From Candidatus Latescibacterota bacterium (GTDB taxonomy: Bacteria > Latescibacterota > UBA2968 > UBA8231): 64,000 bases of DNA. A model generated the notes under the pieces. That model did not search any database, was not told the DNA's origin, and was given only the letters and a program-made list of their open reading frames with translations. The position numbers were made by a program, and so were the translations under genes. Location of the stretch: the NCBI GenBank assembly GCA_965197905.1, contig CBDAOB010000003.1, positions 224,001 through 288,000 of the forward strand. Reading direction: 5' to 3'. This document shows positions 30,706 to 40,769 of this stretch, in pieces. Numbering within the stretch: position 1 is the stretch's first letter; each line of letters opens with the position of its first letter.

Positions 30706-32309
30706 GCAGTGACAACCTCGTCGACGTTCTCGTAATCGGCGCCGGTGCATCCGGGGCAGCCGCTGCCTGGCGGCTTTCAGAGGCTGGTTTCCGCGTTGTG
30801 TGTCTCGAGCAAGGTGGTTGGGTCAAGCCCGAAGAGTTTCCCCTATCCCGCTCCGACTGGGAGCTGCGGGCGCACAACGACTGGGCGTTCGATCCGAACG
30901 TCCGCCAACTGCCGCAAGATTATCCAGTCGTCGAGGAGGACTCGGAGGTCTCGCCGTTGATGTTCAACGCGGTCGGTGGCAGCACCATTCACTGGACCGC
31001 TCACACGCCGCGGTTTCATCCCTCCGACTTCAAGGTGAAGACGCTGGACGGCGTGGCCGACGACTGGCCGCTGAGCTACGCTGACCTCGAGCCGTACTAC
31101 GATCTCAACGACCGCATGATGGGCTGTTCAGGAGTGAACGGCGACCCGGCCAATCCGCCGCGCTCGGAACGCCCCATGCCGCCGCTGCCGCTAGGACCGG
31201 ATGGCGTCCGCATCGCCGAGGCATTCGAGCGGCTCGGCTGGCACTGGTGGCCCTCCGACGGCTACATCAACTCGGTAGCCTACGACGGGCGCCAGGCGTG
31301 CAACAACTGCGGCCCCAACGGCCTGGGCTGTCCGCGCGGCGCCAAAGGCAGCACCGATAACACCTACTGGCCGCGAGCTATCGAGCTGGGAGCCGAGGTA
31401 CGGCCGCATTGCCGCGTGTTCGAACTGACCAGCGGCGCCGATGGCCGGCTTACCGGCGCCGCTTACATAGACGCCGACGGAGTACATCGCCATCAGCCGG
31501 CACGGGCGGTGATGGTGGCCTCCAACGGCATCGGGACGCCGCGTCTGCTGCTGATGTCGGCATCTGACCGCCAGCCCCAGGGGTTGGCTAACTCAAGTGG
31601 GCTGGTCGGCAAGAACCTGATGTTCCACCCTTACGGCGTGGCGTGTGGTCTGTTCCCTGATGGTGAGCCCACCTACAAGGGGGCGCTGGGCAACATCATC
31701 ATCAGCCAGGAGTTCTACGAGACCGACCCCGACCGCGACTTCGTGCGTGGTTATTCGTTTCAGATGTGCCGCAGCACCGGACCGGGCTGGACGGCGGCGG
31801 GATTGGCGCTGCCGCCGGTGGTGTGGGGCGAATCCCACCACCAGGAGTTCGCTGCGCGGTTCGCCCGCTCAAGCTATCTGCTGACCATCACGGAGGACCT
31901 CCCAGAAGAACGCAACTGCGTTACCCTCGATGCTTCGGCGACCGACAGCGACGGTTTGCCGGCACCGCGGGTGACCTATTCGGCTTCGGCCAACACCCGC
32001 CGCATGCTGGACCACGGCAACGCCAACGCCAGGCGCGTGCTGCGCGAGGCCGGCGCGACCAAGGTGCTGATCAACCCCCTGTTGCGCGGCGGCGGCTGGC
32101 ACCTGATGGGCACGGCGCGAATGGGCGATGATCCTGAGCGATCGGTAGTGGATCGCCATGGCCAGGCCCACGACGCCGACAACCTGTTCGTGGTGGATGG
32201 CAGCCTGTTCGTGACAGCGGGGGCGGTTAATCCGACGCCGACGATTCAGGCGCTCGCGTTGTGGGTGGCCGATTACATCGCTCGTGACCGCACCGATCTG
32301 AGGGGCTGA
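30702..32309 (+). CDS. GMC family oxidoreductase (flavoprotein subunit)
   Basis: IGAGASG, VGGSTIHW, CNNCG, TPRLLLMS, HLMGTARMG, NPTPTIQAL. Confidence 0.93.
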   Translation: MSSDNLVDVLVIGAGASGAAAAWRLSEAGFRVVCLEQGGWVKPEEFPLSRSDWELRAHNDWAFDPNVRQLPQDYPVVEEDSEVSPLMFNAVGGSTIHWTAHTPRFHPSDFKVKTLDGVADDWPLSYADLEPYYDLNDRMMGCSGVNGDPANPPRSERPMPPLPLGPDGVRIAEAFERLGWHWWPSDGYINSVAYDGRQACNNCGPNGLGCPRGAKGSTDNTYWPRAIELGAEVRPHCRVFELTSGADGRLTGAAYIDADGVHRHQPARAVMVASNGIGTPRLLLMSASDRQPQGLANSSGLVGKNLMFHPYGVACGLFPDGEPTYKGALGNIIISQEFYETDPDRDFVRGYSFQMCRSTGPGWTAAGLALPPVVWGESHHQEFAARFARSSYLLTITEDLPEERNCVTLDASATDSDGLPAPRVTYSASANTRRMLDHGNANARRVLREAGATKVLINPLLRGGGWHLMGTARMGDDPERSVVDRHGQAHDADNLFVVDGSLFVTAGAVNPTPTIQALALWVADYIARDRTDLRG

Positions 32310-32755
32310 TGGCAGACGACACGATGCAAGCGCGCCTACGGTTGCTGGAAAGGGTGCTCGATCGGTTGGTGCCGCCCGTAGATGATCTGCCGGGAGCTGG
32401 AGGGCTCGGGCTGGCGTCGCGGGTCGTTACGGTGGCAGGCAGTATTCCCAGGTTCGGCGAGGCGCTCACCAAGGTCGAGGGTGGGTTGGCCACGGAGCTG
32501 GATGGACGCGATTTCGCGGTACTCGATGCCGCTCAACAGACGGCCACCATGTGTGCGGTCGAGCAGCGCCAGCCGGCCGCATTCGCGACGTTCGTGCAGC
32601 TCACCTATCTCGTCTACTACGGCGACAGCCGGGTGCGTCAGCGGATCGGCTGGGGCCCGGGCGGCGTGCAGCCCCAAGGCTTCGAGCTGCCTCCGTTCGA
32701 GGAGTCAATCCTCGATGCGATACGCAAGCGCGAGCCGTTCTGGCGCCAGGTGTGA
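32309..32755 (+). CDS. Gluconate 2-dehydrogenase subunit 3-like protein
   Basis: LVPP...LPGAG, F..LDAAQQ, YYGD...IGW. Translationally coupled to the GMC gene. Confidence 0.75.
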   Translation: MADDTMQARLRLLERVLDRLVPPVDDLPGAGGLGLASRVVTVAGSIPRFGEALTKVEGGLATELDGRDFAVLDAAQQTATMCAVEQRQPAAFATFVQLTYLVYYGDSRVRQRIGWGPGGVQPQGFELPPFEESILDAIRKREPFWRQV

Positions 32756-32936
32756 CGGACGCGGCAAAATGCCGCACGGGAGGGCGCTGGCAACGTGCAA
32801 TGCGTACGGACGAAATTATATACCGTTGTTCAATGTTCGCGGCGGAGGCTCAGGCGCTAGCGGCGCCCTCGTTTTCCCTTAGACCTGGTTGAAAGTAGAC
32901 TCAGTTCCTGGGCCTGGGCGCTACGTTGTGCGCGGC

Positions 32937-33770
32937 TCATCCTACCCTCGGCCGTACCACGCTGACGCCGTCCTCCTCGACGAGGGGCCGGTTGTAGATG
33001 TAGGGCGGTTCCAGCACGGCTTGCTGGGCCTCGGTCAGTTCCCCAATCCAATCCGGCATGCTAGTCTCGTAATAACCACCGTCAAAGTTCAGGTACTTGG
33101 GGGAGTAGCGGTAAAGCAGCGAGCGCCGCTCTTGCTTGCCTTTCCAGGGTAGGGTGCCGTGAAGCGTGGCCTCGGGGAAGATCACCAAGTCGCCGGCTTT
33201 GACAGGCACGTTGTAGACAATTTCCTGGTTGGCTTCCCAGACCCTGATATCATCAGGGCACTGAAAGTGGGATTTGTGGCTGCCGGAGATGATGCAGAGA
33301 CCGCCATCTCCGGGATTGATATCGGCCAGTTGATACTGGAAGACGGTCATGCCGCAACGGATGGTGCCGTTGGAATAGGTGTAGTGAGCAGCTCCGTTGA
33401 ACTGGTAGGAGGTGGCACCGTGTATGCGGAGTCCTTCGGCGTCTGCTTTGGAGGTCAGAATGAGAGGAGCGTGATCGAGCTTCCAACCGCGACCGAACAA
33501 GGTATCGAGGTAAGGGACGAGTTTGGGAGGGCAGAGAAGATCGCGAAAGGGCTGGCAATAGGGTTGGTCCCAGTTCAGCATACCGCTGAAGTGACCTCGC
33601 TTTTTTCGATCGTCCATACGACCCCCCGTTTCGACATTGGGGTCATCAACGCATTTGTCCTGGTTGGCGTCTATGGCCTCATTGACGGCGTTTACTTCTT
33701 GGGGCGAAAGAAAGCTCTTGATCACCAGAAAACCCTGAAGATCAAGGAGAAACTTTTCACGCTCGTTCAT
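32937..33770 (-). CDS. PhyH-like Fe/2OG oxygenase (IHGA subtype)
   Basis: FLLDLQGFL, DGGLCIISGSHK, KAGDLVIFPEATLHG, RRSLLYRY. Confidence 0.85.
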   Translation of the reverse strand: MNEREKFLLDLQGFLVIKSFLSPQEVNAVNEAIDANQDKCVDDPNVETGGRMDDRKKRGHFSGMLNWDQPYCQPFRDLLCPPKLVPYLDTLFGRGWKLDHAPLILTSKADAEGLRIHGATSYQFNGAAHYTYSNGTIRCGMTVFQYQLADINPGDGGLCIISGSHKSHFQCPDDIRVWEANQEIVYNVPVKAGDLVIFPEATLHGTLPWKGKQERRSLLYRYSPKYLNFDGGYYETSMPDWIGELTEAQQAVLEPPYIYNRPLVEEDGVSVVRPRVG

Positions 33771-34027
33771 GGATTATCCCTTCTTAGGAGTCAGCGGAGA
33801 GGGTCAAGCCTTGCCGTTGACAGCTGCTCCAATGCAGGCGTGGCGGAGTTTTCGCTGAATCTATCTGGGATGCTGTTATCGGTCAATCAGAAGGGAGGTC
33901 GGTCGAGCAGGGGCGCGGAGGTCGCTGCCGGGGAGGTGACAGGGGTTCGGTAAGGGCATTCCGATCAAGGACGAGCTCCAAACAGGCAGCTCGCGCCTTA
34001 CCGGAAAGCAATTAGGCTGGATGGGTA

Positions 34028-34285
34028 CTAAGCTACCACGCGCCCCATCATCTGATCGATTCTATGGGACACCTTTTCTATCGAGAGCCCTGCCGACACC
34101 CGCATTTCTCGGATCAGGTATTTCAACAGGACAACTTCCGCCATATCGAACACCTCTTTGGTGCCGGCGGAGTCAGTAGCCTTTAAAAGTCCCTTGGACT
34201 TGTATTCAAGGATCTTATGAGTGGAGGTGCCGAACAAGCTTGCGGCCTCGTCGATGCCGATGAACTTTGTCTTTTGCCTTGCCAT
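34028..34285 (-). CDS. Small MerR-type HTH protein
   Basis: IDEAASLFG...ILEYKSKGLL...GLSIE, GGGAGG SD. Confidence 0.7.
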   Translation of the reverse strand: MARQKTKFIGIDEAASLFGTSTHKILEYKSKGLLKATDSAGTKEVFDMAEVVLLKYLIREMRVSAGLSIEKVSHRIDQMMGRVVA

Positions 34286-34580
34286 AAGATAGACCTCCCT
34301 GTCTAGTGTCGCAGGCGATATATATGATACTATTTAATACTAAGTATATCGGGACCTGAGGCGAAAACTCCAGGGGTGGAAGGCAGATTGTTGGAAAAAG
34401 CGAAATCGGAGGGGTCGTGACTCGCGTCGCGGCCTCGGAGACGAATCTCTAATCCACTGACCCGCCAGGTCAAAAGGTTGCAGAGATGAACAGCGGGCAA
34501 GGTAATTTCGATCTGAAACTATGCTTATCAGCTGCAATCACGGAACGAGATCGCCAAAGTGCAGCTGGGTCCTGCGCCGA

Positions 34581-36911
34581 TCATTTTGGCTTCTTCGCTC
34601 GGGTACTTTGAAATAGCCCGTTGACCAGATCCACAATTGTGTCCTTGAGCAAGAGCGTTACCGCCACGAGCCGTTCCGCGGGTAGCTCATATCGCTCTTC
34701 GAGCGCCAGCAATTCCGGATTTTGGTCGCCCCGCGCATCCATGAACGTCTGAGACTCCTGCTCGCTAGTTTCGAGCGCCGTTGCGACCAACGCTTCTATA
34801 CTTGCAGGCGTATACTCACCCGTCTCGCGCTCCTTCTGGGATACGGAGACCTGCTCGCTATTTTTTTCAAATGCATCTGTCATCTGCTGGAAGAGTCTCG
34901 GTAAAGGGTTGCTGAGGAGTTCCTCGGCCACAATCGGTTTGAGGTGGGTTTCCCGATACTGAAATGGAATGTTGATCATGCGGGGGAAAGGACTGAACCC
35001 CTTCGTCAAGCAGTTGGCCAGAGCGATCAATGCCGTTTCACCTTCGGCTTCCGAGTCGATATGGTGATGATTGCGAATCGGTTCGATGAGTTCCGGGAAG
35101 ATCTCCCACTGTGCCAGTAACGCACCCCCGGTGACCGGATGCTGGAAATCACCGACTACCGCTTGCTCACTGGCAAGCAAACCACCTTGCCATTTTGTTC
35201 GTTCGATCTCGTACAACACAAGTGGGAATATGTCCTGGTATATGATCGTATTGAGCAGCTTTCCTACATCGTGCAATACACCGCAGGTGAAGCTGTTAAA
35301 CTCTACCGGCACTGCCGTCACGTTCCACAACTTAAAATGCTTTAAAATCTCTAGTATAAACGGCGGCAATTTAAGACTCTGGATAATCTCCTGCTCCTTG
35401 GGAGAGGGTTCCTCTACATTCAGGTTCAATATCTGCGCCATGTAGCCAACACTTGCACTGTGGAGAAAAAAATGTCGAACGTCGAATCCTGCCTGTTGGA
35501 CCTTTTGTGTGAGCTCACTCATGGCCGTGCCCATGATTATCTTTCGTGTTTCTTCCATTCCGATCATGGAAAGGGCACTTTCCAGCGTCTCGACACGCTG
35601 TCTGGCCGAATAACGTGCCAGATTTGAGGTGCGGATGATGGAGCTCTGCAAGCCGCCATCGGGTTGAATTATTTTTGCCAGCTCGGTGTATCGCGCGCCC
35701 TGATCGATCGCCTGCAAGACCTGTTGGCACACGTGCGGAAAGCCCGGCAGAAGCTCCATGGCGATATGATCCTTTTCTAGCTTCTGGCGGATCTCATCTG
35801 GAGACAACATCTCGTTCTTAGCTGGCTGACCGTTGCTCAGCTTGGACTTGGTAGCAATGACCTCCTTCAAGTCTTGAGTAAAGAACTGGGACCAGAATTT
35901 TCTAGTCTCTTTGACATCCGCCGTAGCCTCACAACCCTTGACGCTAATCCTTTCTGAAAGCTGCATCAGATGGTCCCAGGAGAAATTCGTTTGGTCCGAA
36001 TTGTGACATACAACTACATGGCGGTCTTCTCCCGAATTCGCCATCATCCGTACTGTTGCTTCGCTTAAACCGGGTACGTTGGGACCGAAGATGATACTGC
36101 AAATCTGCCGAGAGAATCGCCGAGCATGTCTTGGAATGTCAGCACTGTTGTTGGCCAGAGCGATTTCTATCCGGACGGGAGCCGACGAATCTTCCCCCAG
36201 TTGGCTATTCAATACCTTTTGAGCCGCATAAATGGTCCGAAAGTGGCGATAGGACTCAGCCGTCTTCAACAGATTTGGATCCTTGGGTATGGCCTCGCAT
36301 ACAATGACTATGAAGGGTTTTCCCTGAAGCTGATCGGCAGAGACACTTTTCTTGGGCCCCTTGGCATCTTTCGTATCGGATTCTGTTCGCGGTGAAGCAG
36401 CATGGTCGGCGTCGAGCGCAGACTCTGGAGGTTCTAGCAAACCGTCGATCGCGGTTCGCAAGTCGAAAGAGGTGCCGAGCTCCTCTTCCATCCGCAATAT
36501 GGAATCCGCAAACGTTCGCTGAGCGCGTTCTGTTTCCTTTGCGTGCTCCGCTAGGGCGTATTCGACCGACTTTTTCAAGTCGTTTATCCTGAACGGTTTT
36601 GTCAGGAATTCTCCAACCCCTTTGTGGACCGCATCAATGGCCAATTCCATGGTCGGAAATCCGGTCATGATTACAAACGCCATATCCGGCTGAATCTTCT
36701 TGATACGATCAATCAACAGATCTCCTGATATTCCCGGCATTCTGATGTCCGTGATCACCAGATCGAATCTTTGGCCCTGGACCATCTCAAGAGCCTGTTC
36801 CCCATCTTCAGCAGATTGAACGCGGAAGCCAGCGTTCTCGAGAACACTCGTACACATGGTGCGAATCTTCTCCTGATCTTCCACTATGAGGATGTCGTTT
36901 CGGGCAGTCAT
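34581..36911 (-). CDS. Response regulator: N-terminal REC plus C-terminal HDOD domain
   Basis: ILIVEDQ, LVITDIRMPG, FLTKPF. HDOD motifs LPGFP, HSASVG, LHDVGK, H..TGGALLAQW, IRNHH. Confidence 0.88.
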   Translation of the reverse strand: MTARNDILIVEDQEKIRTMCTSVLENAGFRVQSAEDGEQALEMVQGQRFDLVITDIRMPGISGDLLIDRIKKIQPDMAFVIMTGFPTMELAIDAVHKGVGEFLTKPFRINDLKKSVEYALAEHAKETERAQRTFADSILRMEEELGTSFDLRTAIDGLLEPPESALDADHAASPRTESDTKDAKGPKKSVSADQLQGKPFIVIVCEAIPKDPNLLKTAESYRHFRTIYAAQKVLNSQLGEDSSAPVRIEIALANNSADIPRHARRFSRQICSIIFGPNVPGLSEATVRMMANSGEDRHVVVCHNSDQTNFSWDHLMQLSERISVKGCEATADVKETRKFWSQFFTQDLKEVIATKSKLSNGQPAKNEMLSPDEIRQKLEKDHIAMELLPGFPHVCQQVLQAIDQGARYTELAKIIQPDGGLQSSIIRTSNLARYSARQRVETLESALSMIGMEETRKIIMGTAMSELTQKVQQAGFDVRHFFLHSASVGYMAQILNLNVEEPSPKEQEIIQSLKLPPFILEILKHFKLWNVTAVPVEFNSFTCGVLHDVGKLLNTIIYQDIFPLVLYEIERTKWQGGLLASEQAVVGDFQHPVTGGALLAQWEIFPELIEPIRNHHHIDSEAEGETALIALANCLTKGFSPFPRMINIPFQYRETHLKPIVAEELLSNPLPRLFQQMTDAFEKNSEQVSVSQKERETGEYTPASIEALVATALETSEQESQTFMDARGDQNPELLALEERYELPAERLVAVTLLLKDTIVDLVNGLFQSTRAKKPK

Positions 36912-37047
36912 TTTTTCATCGCAGAGGTGTGTGGAAAGTTCGGCGGCAAGATATAGCTTGGGCCGATGACGTTCGCCGAGCTTTACATGCTGTCGCTGGG
37001 CGATGAACAGTCACCATTGTACTATGACAAAATGTCGATCACATTCC

Positions 37048-37067
37048 TACTAGTAAAATTACTAGTA
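37048..37067. promoter_or_regulatory. Palindromic operator-like site upstream of the REC-HDOD gene
   Basis: TACTAGTAA-AA-TTACTAGTA, a perfect 9-bp inverted repeat in an AT-rich intergenic region. Confidence 0.5.
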
Positions 37068-37328
37068 TTTCGCTCACCATTTGTCTATTCGAGAGATTTT
37101 GTGTCTGTTTTTGATAAAGGAGGGTTTTGTTCTATAGTATTTTTCATGCGGCAAAACACCGCCAGCGATCTAGAGCCGGCCGGCGGGAGATCAGAAAGCT
37201 GCTTTCGAAATCGATGGGATATGTGAAAGAAGCGATGTCTCGGAATTAGGCCGCATATCGCACTGCCTTGGGATCACACTAGTCGCAGCGGAACAGTCCT
37301 CCAGGTCACGCTCTATATTCGTTGGTCT

Positions 37329-37462
37329 TCAATTTCGGCTCATATCTTTTGGAAAATAGTAGGCTGCAATAACTGCTGCACCCCAATGGCCTCGTTGTGA
37401 CCCGCTTCGTGCGCCCGACTCAGTCCTATGAGTCCTTTCTCCAAATATTCTTCGGTCAGCAT
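37329..37462 (-). pseudogene. Truncated, frameshifted gene remnant
   Basis: GAGGAG SD, then MLTEEYLEKGLIGLSRAHEAG / shift / GHWGAAVIAAYYF and an early stop. Confidence 0.45.
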
Positions 37463-37555
37463 CGTATGCCACTCCTCGATCCCCACGACCCCGGCGCAGC
37501 CAGGGCGCCATCAGTACACTTGCATAAAACTCCCGATTTAAATTCTGGACAGACC

Positions 37556-38908
37556 CTAAGTCTCATTGAGGATGCTCATCAGAGATTGATTCTGATGTTC
37601 TGACATCCACAATGAGGTCAAATAGGCGGCTCCCGCCAAATACAAGTGTGCTTTCTGTGGATTCATCCAGCATCCATCGATACAGGCGCGAACGTATTTT
37701 ACTAAATGGGCATCCCTTCGAATCGAGGCTTGGGTGGCAATCTCTGTAACCATGTCCAATCTGTGCTCAGGTGCCGTATGCCAAGCAACAGAGGCTGCAT
37801 CAGAAGGTGAAGAATGCAGGGCTTCTGAAAAGGAGCCTGATACTTTAGGCGGTTCGAAATGGTAAGAGAAATCGGCTTGAGACAAAGCAGCTCTAAATCC
37901 TAACACCCAGCTCAAAGTAACCAAAGGCATTTGGATATCTTCGGGAATTATCGGACTCAAGGACCATGCGGCTTGGGGCAAATTGAGGCAATGTGTCCAT
38001 CCATATTTTGAAAATTCGGTATTCTCTTGGAGCATCGATTGCACAGCTGTATTGAGAGTTAAGTTTAACAACACCTGGTTGAGTTGCTCCTTTGACATTG
38101 GAGGGATTCTAGGCAGGAAATCTTTGAGTAATTGGGCCTCTTCACCTACTTGAACGACGTTTCTAATGGCTAGGCTCTCCAGTTTTTGGCGTAATCTGGG
38201 CAGATGGTCAATGGCATCCCCCAGTTCTGATTCGATGGATAGAATATCGACCTCTGGATTTGATCCCCCCGTTTCAAGCTCTACCAAATCGAAGAACTCA
38301 TCTTGAATCATCACGTCGGTGTCTTGTGCAAATCCCCGAATCATCTCCCTTATCAATTTGAGCGAAGAATCGCCACCCTCTGCCCCCATAGCGGTCAAAT
38401 TATGTACCCCGATATGGGCATGGGCAGCGCAGGCCAAGGTTCGGATGCTCTTTCCTACAATAGCTTCCAAAAGAACCTGATAGTCGAATTGTCTACACAT
38501 CGAGACACAGAGGCAGTCAGCCCGCTCGACATCGCCTTCAGTAATAGCGCTTTGGAGCTGGTCGATTGCATTCCATCGATTTGGAAGATCTATGAGTTGT
38601 TGAGGCGGAGCTATAGTAGGGCCTTGGGCTTGGTACCTGGCGCATAGACTGACCATTTGCATACGCGCCATTCTTCGTTCATCAGGTTTTACGAACGGCA
38701 GTAGTCTCTTTCGCGCCAATAACTGAAGTGGAGCGTGCATCGTAAAAGAGCTGCCATTTTCTGTCGGTTCCGAGACGTTTTCTGCGATCAGGCCAAACAG
38801 CTGATGGTCCGTCAATTGGTCCAGGTCTCGACTCTTGTACTCGGTCTCGACTTTTTTGGGGTCTATGCCACTGAGAACGTTGTACATGGCTCCCTTTGCA
38901 TCACTCAT
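37556..38908 (-). CDS. Hypothetical His-rich alpha-helical protein (possibly questin-oxidase-like)
   Basis: ATG at 38908 overlaps the VOC stop. Motifs MHAPLQLLAR, AAHAHI, GWTHCL, DAHLVKY. Confidence 0.7.
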   Translation of the reverse strand: MSDAKGAMYNVLSGIDPKKVETEYKSRDLDQLTDHQLFGLIAENVSEPTENGSSFTMHAPLQLLARKRLLPFVKPDERRMARMQMVSLCARYQAQGPTIAPPQQLIDLPNRWNAIDQLQSAITEGDVERADCLCVSMCRQFDYQVLLEAIVGKSIRTLACAAHAHIGVHNLTAMGAEGGDSSLKLIREMIRGFAQDTDVMIQDEFFDLVELETGGSNPEVDILSIESELGDAIDHLPRLRQKLESLAIRNVVQVGEEAQLLKDFLPRIPPMSKEQLNQVLLNLTLNTAVQSMLQENTEFSKYGWTHCLNLPQAAWSLSPIIPEDIQMPLVTLSWVLGFRAALSQADFSYHFEPPKVSGSFSEALHSSPSDAASVAWHTAPEHRLDMVTEIATQASIRRDAHLVKYVRACIDGCWMNPQKAHLYLAGAAYLTSLWMSEHQNQSLMSILNET

Positions 38909-39323
38909 AGGAGTTTCGTTCTTCGGGCTTATCCGAAAGATATTGGACAATTTCCCATTCAAACCCAGCCGCGTCATAATAATAGACTCGTTTTCTGTAG
39001 GGTTCGGGTTGAACGGGATTCCCCTTTTTGTACCCGCCTTCTTCAAGACGTTTGATCACGGATGCAAGATCATCAACCACCCAGGATAGATGGTTCACCC
39101 CATAACTCTTGTAAGTTGGTAGTGCGCTTTGTGGAGTCGCATCCAAATGAGGTTCTTGTAACGCGATATAGTGTTGCTCCGTGCCGATATGTACCCATCG
39201 AATACTTCCTTCTCTGGCTTTGTCGCATCTCACTTTGAAGGAAGGATCAACGACCATGAGGAAAGAAATCTGCGCATCGATGTCAGGTACGGTAATATTT
39301 GCATGTTCTAAATAAGTTGCCAT
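38901..39323 (-). CDS. VOC/glyoxalase family protein
   Basis: LEHANITVPD, NHLSWVVDD, YYYDAAGFEWE. Confidence 0.9.
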   Translation of the reverse strand: MATYLEHANITVPDIDAQISFLMVVDPSFKVRCDKAREGSIRWVHIGTEQHYIALQEPHLDATPQSALPTYKSYGVNHLSWVVDDLASVIKRLEEGGYKKGNPVQPEPYRKRVYYYDAAGFEWEIVQYLSDKPEERNSYE

Positions 39324-39362
39324 GAGTTCCTCCTTTCGTGACGTCCTGCAAAGACTTCCTTT

Positions 39363-39776
39363 TCACTCAGGCTTTGGCGACCAGAACTCCAACAGGTTCC
39401 CATCTGGATCATAGAAATAGTAGGCGGCCGCTTTCATCCACTTAAGATTGTGTGGACCGTATACTTCTGTCCCCTGATCACGGACGTGGGCAACAGCGGA
39501 ATCCAGCTGCTCGCGTGGCACGTTAAAGGCGTAGTGGATCGGCCCCAAGCGTTCGCCCCTGGGCAGGGGCGATTGATCCTCAAACAACAGCGAACCCTTG
39601 TGTAGCGCTATCCGTTCCGCCAGATCGGGAGCGCCCGCCCAAAACCATGCCCACGTGTCATCGGCCTCCGTCGCGGGCGTCAAACCTACTACGTCACGGT
39701 AAAACTCGGCGGACGCCTGTACATCTTTCACGACCAAGACAATTTCAGCCAGACCGATACTGAACATGGTGATCAC
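39363..39776 (-). CDS. VOC/glyoxalase family protein
   Basis: EIVLVVKD...FYRDVVGL, HYAF, YFYDPDGNLLE. Confidence 0.9.
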   Translation of the reverse strand: MITMFSIGLAEIVLVVKDVQASAEFYRDVVGLTPATEADDTWAWFWAGAPDLAERIALHKGSLLFEDQSPLPRGERLGPIHYAFNVPREQLDSAVAHVRDQGTEVYGPHNLKWMKAAAYYFYDPDGNLLEFWSPKPE

Positions 39777-39815
39777 CTCCTTATGGAAGCAGGGAGTAAT
39801 CCTTGATTTGTGGGC

Positions 39816-40451
39816 TCACTCGCCTCCACCTGGATTCATGGGAGCGCCTTCCCACGCTCTGAGAAATTCCTGCGCCTTGTCTGAGGTATGCAGGTAGGCA
39901 AAGCGGGCCACCTGGCGTCCGACCTCCTTCACCCGTTCCTCTAATTCCCCAGCTTTCAGCTTCCCGGCCTCGTCAAATGCGTTGCTCGCCGAGGGAATGG
40001 ACGCCTGCTCCGGGATCACCCAAGCGTGAAGCGCTCGAAAAATGGCTCGTAGACTGTGCAACGCATTAGCTGCTCCGCCGGAACCACCAGAAACCCCAAC
40101 CAGACCGATCATCTTGCCTTCAATCTCGTCAAAACCCATGAGATCTAAGGCATTCTTCAGCACACCACTGAAGCCCCCATGATATTCTGGTGTTCCCAGA
40201 ATGATCCCTCGAGCTTGCTGCACGTCCCTCCGTAGTTTTGCTACATCCTCTGGGTAAGAGCTTTCGCTCTCCCCGCCATCGCAGAAGACGAGGTTGTAAT
40301 CCCGCAAGTCGATCAAGTGGGTCTGGACTCCAACCTCCTGGGCGCCTTTCAAAGCAACGTTTAGGGCCAGGCGGGTGTAACTGCGCGATCTCAAACTCCC
40401 GCAGATACCTACGACGAGGATGTGATTTTCAGTCTGTTCTTTTTGACTCAT
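39816..40451 (-). CDS. NAD(P)H-dependent FMN reductase (SsuE/AzoR-like)
   Basis: GICGSLR, TPEYHGGFSGVLKNALD, GKMIGLVGVSGG. Confidence 0.92.
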   Translation of the reverse strand: MSQKEQTENHILVVGICGSLRSRSYTRLALNVALKGAQEVGVQTHLIDLRDYNLVFCDGGESESSYPEDVAKLRRDVQQARGIILGTPEYHGGFSGVLKNALDLMGFDEIEGKMIGLVGVSGGSGGAANALHSLRAIFRALHAWVIPEQASIPSASNAFDEAGKLKAGELEERVKEVGRQVARFAYLHTSDKAQEFLRAWEGAPMNPGGGE

Positions 40452-40556
40452 GGCAACATCCCTCCTTTGCCTGTTTCCTAGAAGATACGATTCGGAGGCA
40501 GGCTATTTCTATCGGTAATAGTGATGACTTTTGGAGAGGCGGTAGGTAAGCCACGT

Positions 40557-40721
40557 ATCGGGAAGAACCCTTACCCGATCGATCGCCGAGGTCAGTTCAG
40601 AGTGGGTAGGGTGGCATCTGGATGTGGAGGTATCTGGAGGCCTCGGTAAAAACCCTTAGTTGCTCTTTTGGGTGGGGTAGTCGCCGATTGCGGACGGTAG
40701 GGGAGAATACGTATGCTCCCC
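40557..40721. promoter_or_regulatory. Repeated operator-like boxes between the LuxR fusion gene and the FMN reductase operon
   Basis: ATCGGGAAGAACCCTTA (40557-40573), CTCGGTAAAAACCCTTA (40642-40658) and near-palindrome GGGGAGAATACGTATGCTCCCC (40700-40721). Confidence 0.55.
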
Positions 40722-40769
40722 GATCCGTGTGCCGTAGAATGTGCGACGCCGCCGGTCAGGCGTGGTTTG

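Noticed and set aside
34286..34580. c-di-GMP or other riboswitch between the HDOD and MerR genes
   Set aside because: No consensus motif recognisable by eye
37083..37093. GTCTATTCGAG identical to the TSD plus IS left-end start
   Set aside because: Only 11 bp, with no TIR continuation. Compatible with chance.
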